A DNA stretch of 64,000 bases from an uncultured Chloroflexia bacterium (GTDB lineage Bacteria; Chloroflexota; Anaerolineae; CG2-30-64-16), in assembly GCA_963810095.1 (NCBI GenBank), contig CAWEMM010000006.1, forward strand, positions 64,001 through 128,000, read 5' to 3'. The position numbers and the translations under genes were made by a program. Below the pieces are notes generated by a model. It was not told the DNA's origin, ran no database searches, and saw only the letters and a program-made list of their open reading frames with translations. Shown here piece by piece: positions 63,788-64,000 of this stretch. How positions within the stretch are numbered: the stretch's first letter is position 1; every line of letters starts with the position of its first letter.

Positions 63788-64000
63788 GGCCGGTCCAAAA
63801 TGTCCAGGACAACCTGGAGGTCGGGCGGCAGGGGTGCGCTGAACTCGACGAGCTCGCCAGTGGACGGCAGGCGGAAGCGCAGGCGCTGCGCATGGAGGAA
63901 CTGGCGGGGGCAGGGGAACGGCAGCTTGCGTCGCGGGCCGTAGACCTCGTCGCCGACAATCGGGTGATGGATGTGGGCCAGGTGGACGCGAATCTGGTGG
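63784..64000 (-). CDS. RluA/RluD-family pseudouridine synthase, C-terminal part (runs off the window; absent from the ORF track)
   Basis: Hand translation HQIRVHLAHIHHPIVGDEVYG...RQFLHAQRLRF...FSAPLPPDL...RP*. Confidence 0.9.
   Translation of the reverse strand, partial: HQIRVHLAHIHHPIVGDEVYGPRRKLPFPCPRQFLHAQRLRFRLPSTGELVEFSAPLPPDLQVVLDILDRP

Overview
A high-GC bacterial chromosomal window, probably Chloroflexota/Anaerolineae-like (inferred from gene content, the CxxxY-type CcmE and an LPxxxR-tailed secreted protein). It is mostly housekeeping genes: corrinoid methyltransferase and activator, lgt, csoR-copZ-copA, a ccm cytochrome c maturation cluster, rpsT, surface glycosylation genes, a tandem-domain Pfk, a peptidoglycan-peptide recycling operon, a two-helicase/nuclease/RecJ repair operon, LKR+SDH, GH13, an Ntn acylase, an ABC-2 exporter, two AKRs, an MFS, secreted proteins and rplU-rpmA-rpmE-tdk. 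About 20 single-base frameshifts in ordinary genes look like long-read indel errors. The main finding is a dispersed family of about 20 palindromic elements built from 8-nt units (ACAC(A/G)AAG ... CTT(C/T)GTGT). They occupy many gene junctions and often overlap a stop codon or abut an RBS. One copy has a complete GxxExxY (PD-(D/E)xK-like nuclease) gene in place of its short loop. This looks like an autonomous/non-autonomous pair: a candidate REP/MITE-like system mobilised by a GxxExxY nuclease. Other notable items are a 9-nt-period sister element, a shared repeat inside two DNA-repair ORFs, a circularly permuted CcdA and a structured rplU leader. No CRISPR array, tRNA or rRNA was recognised.
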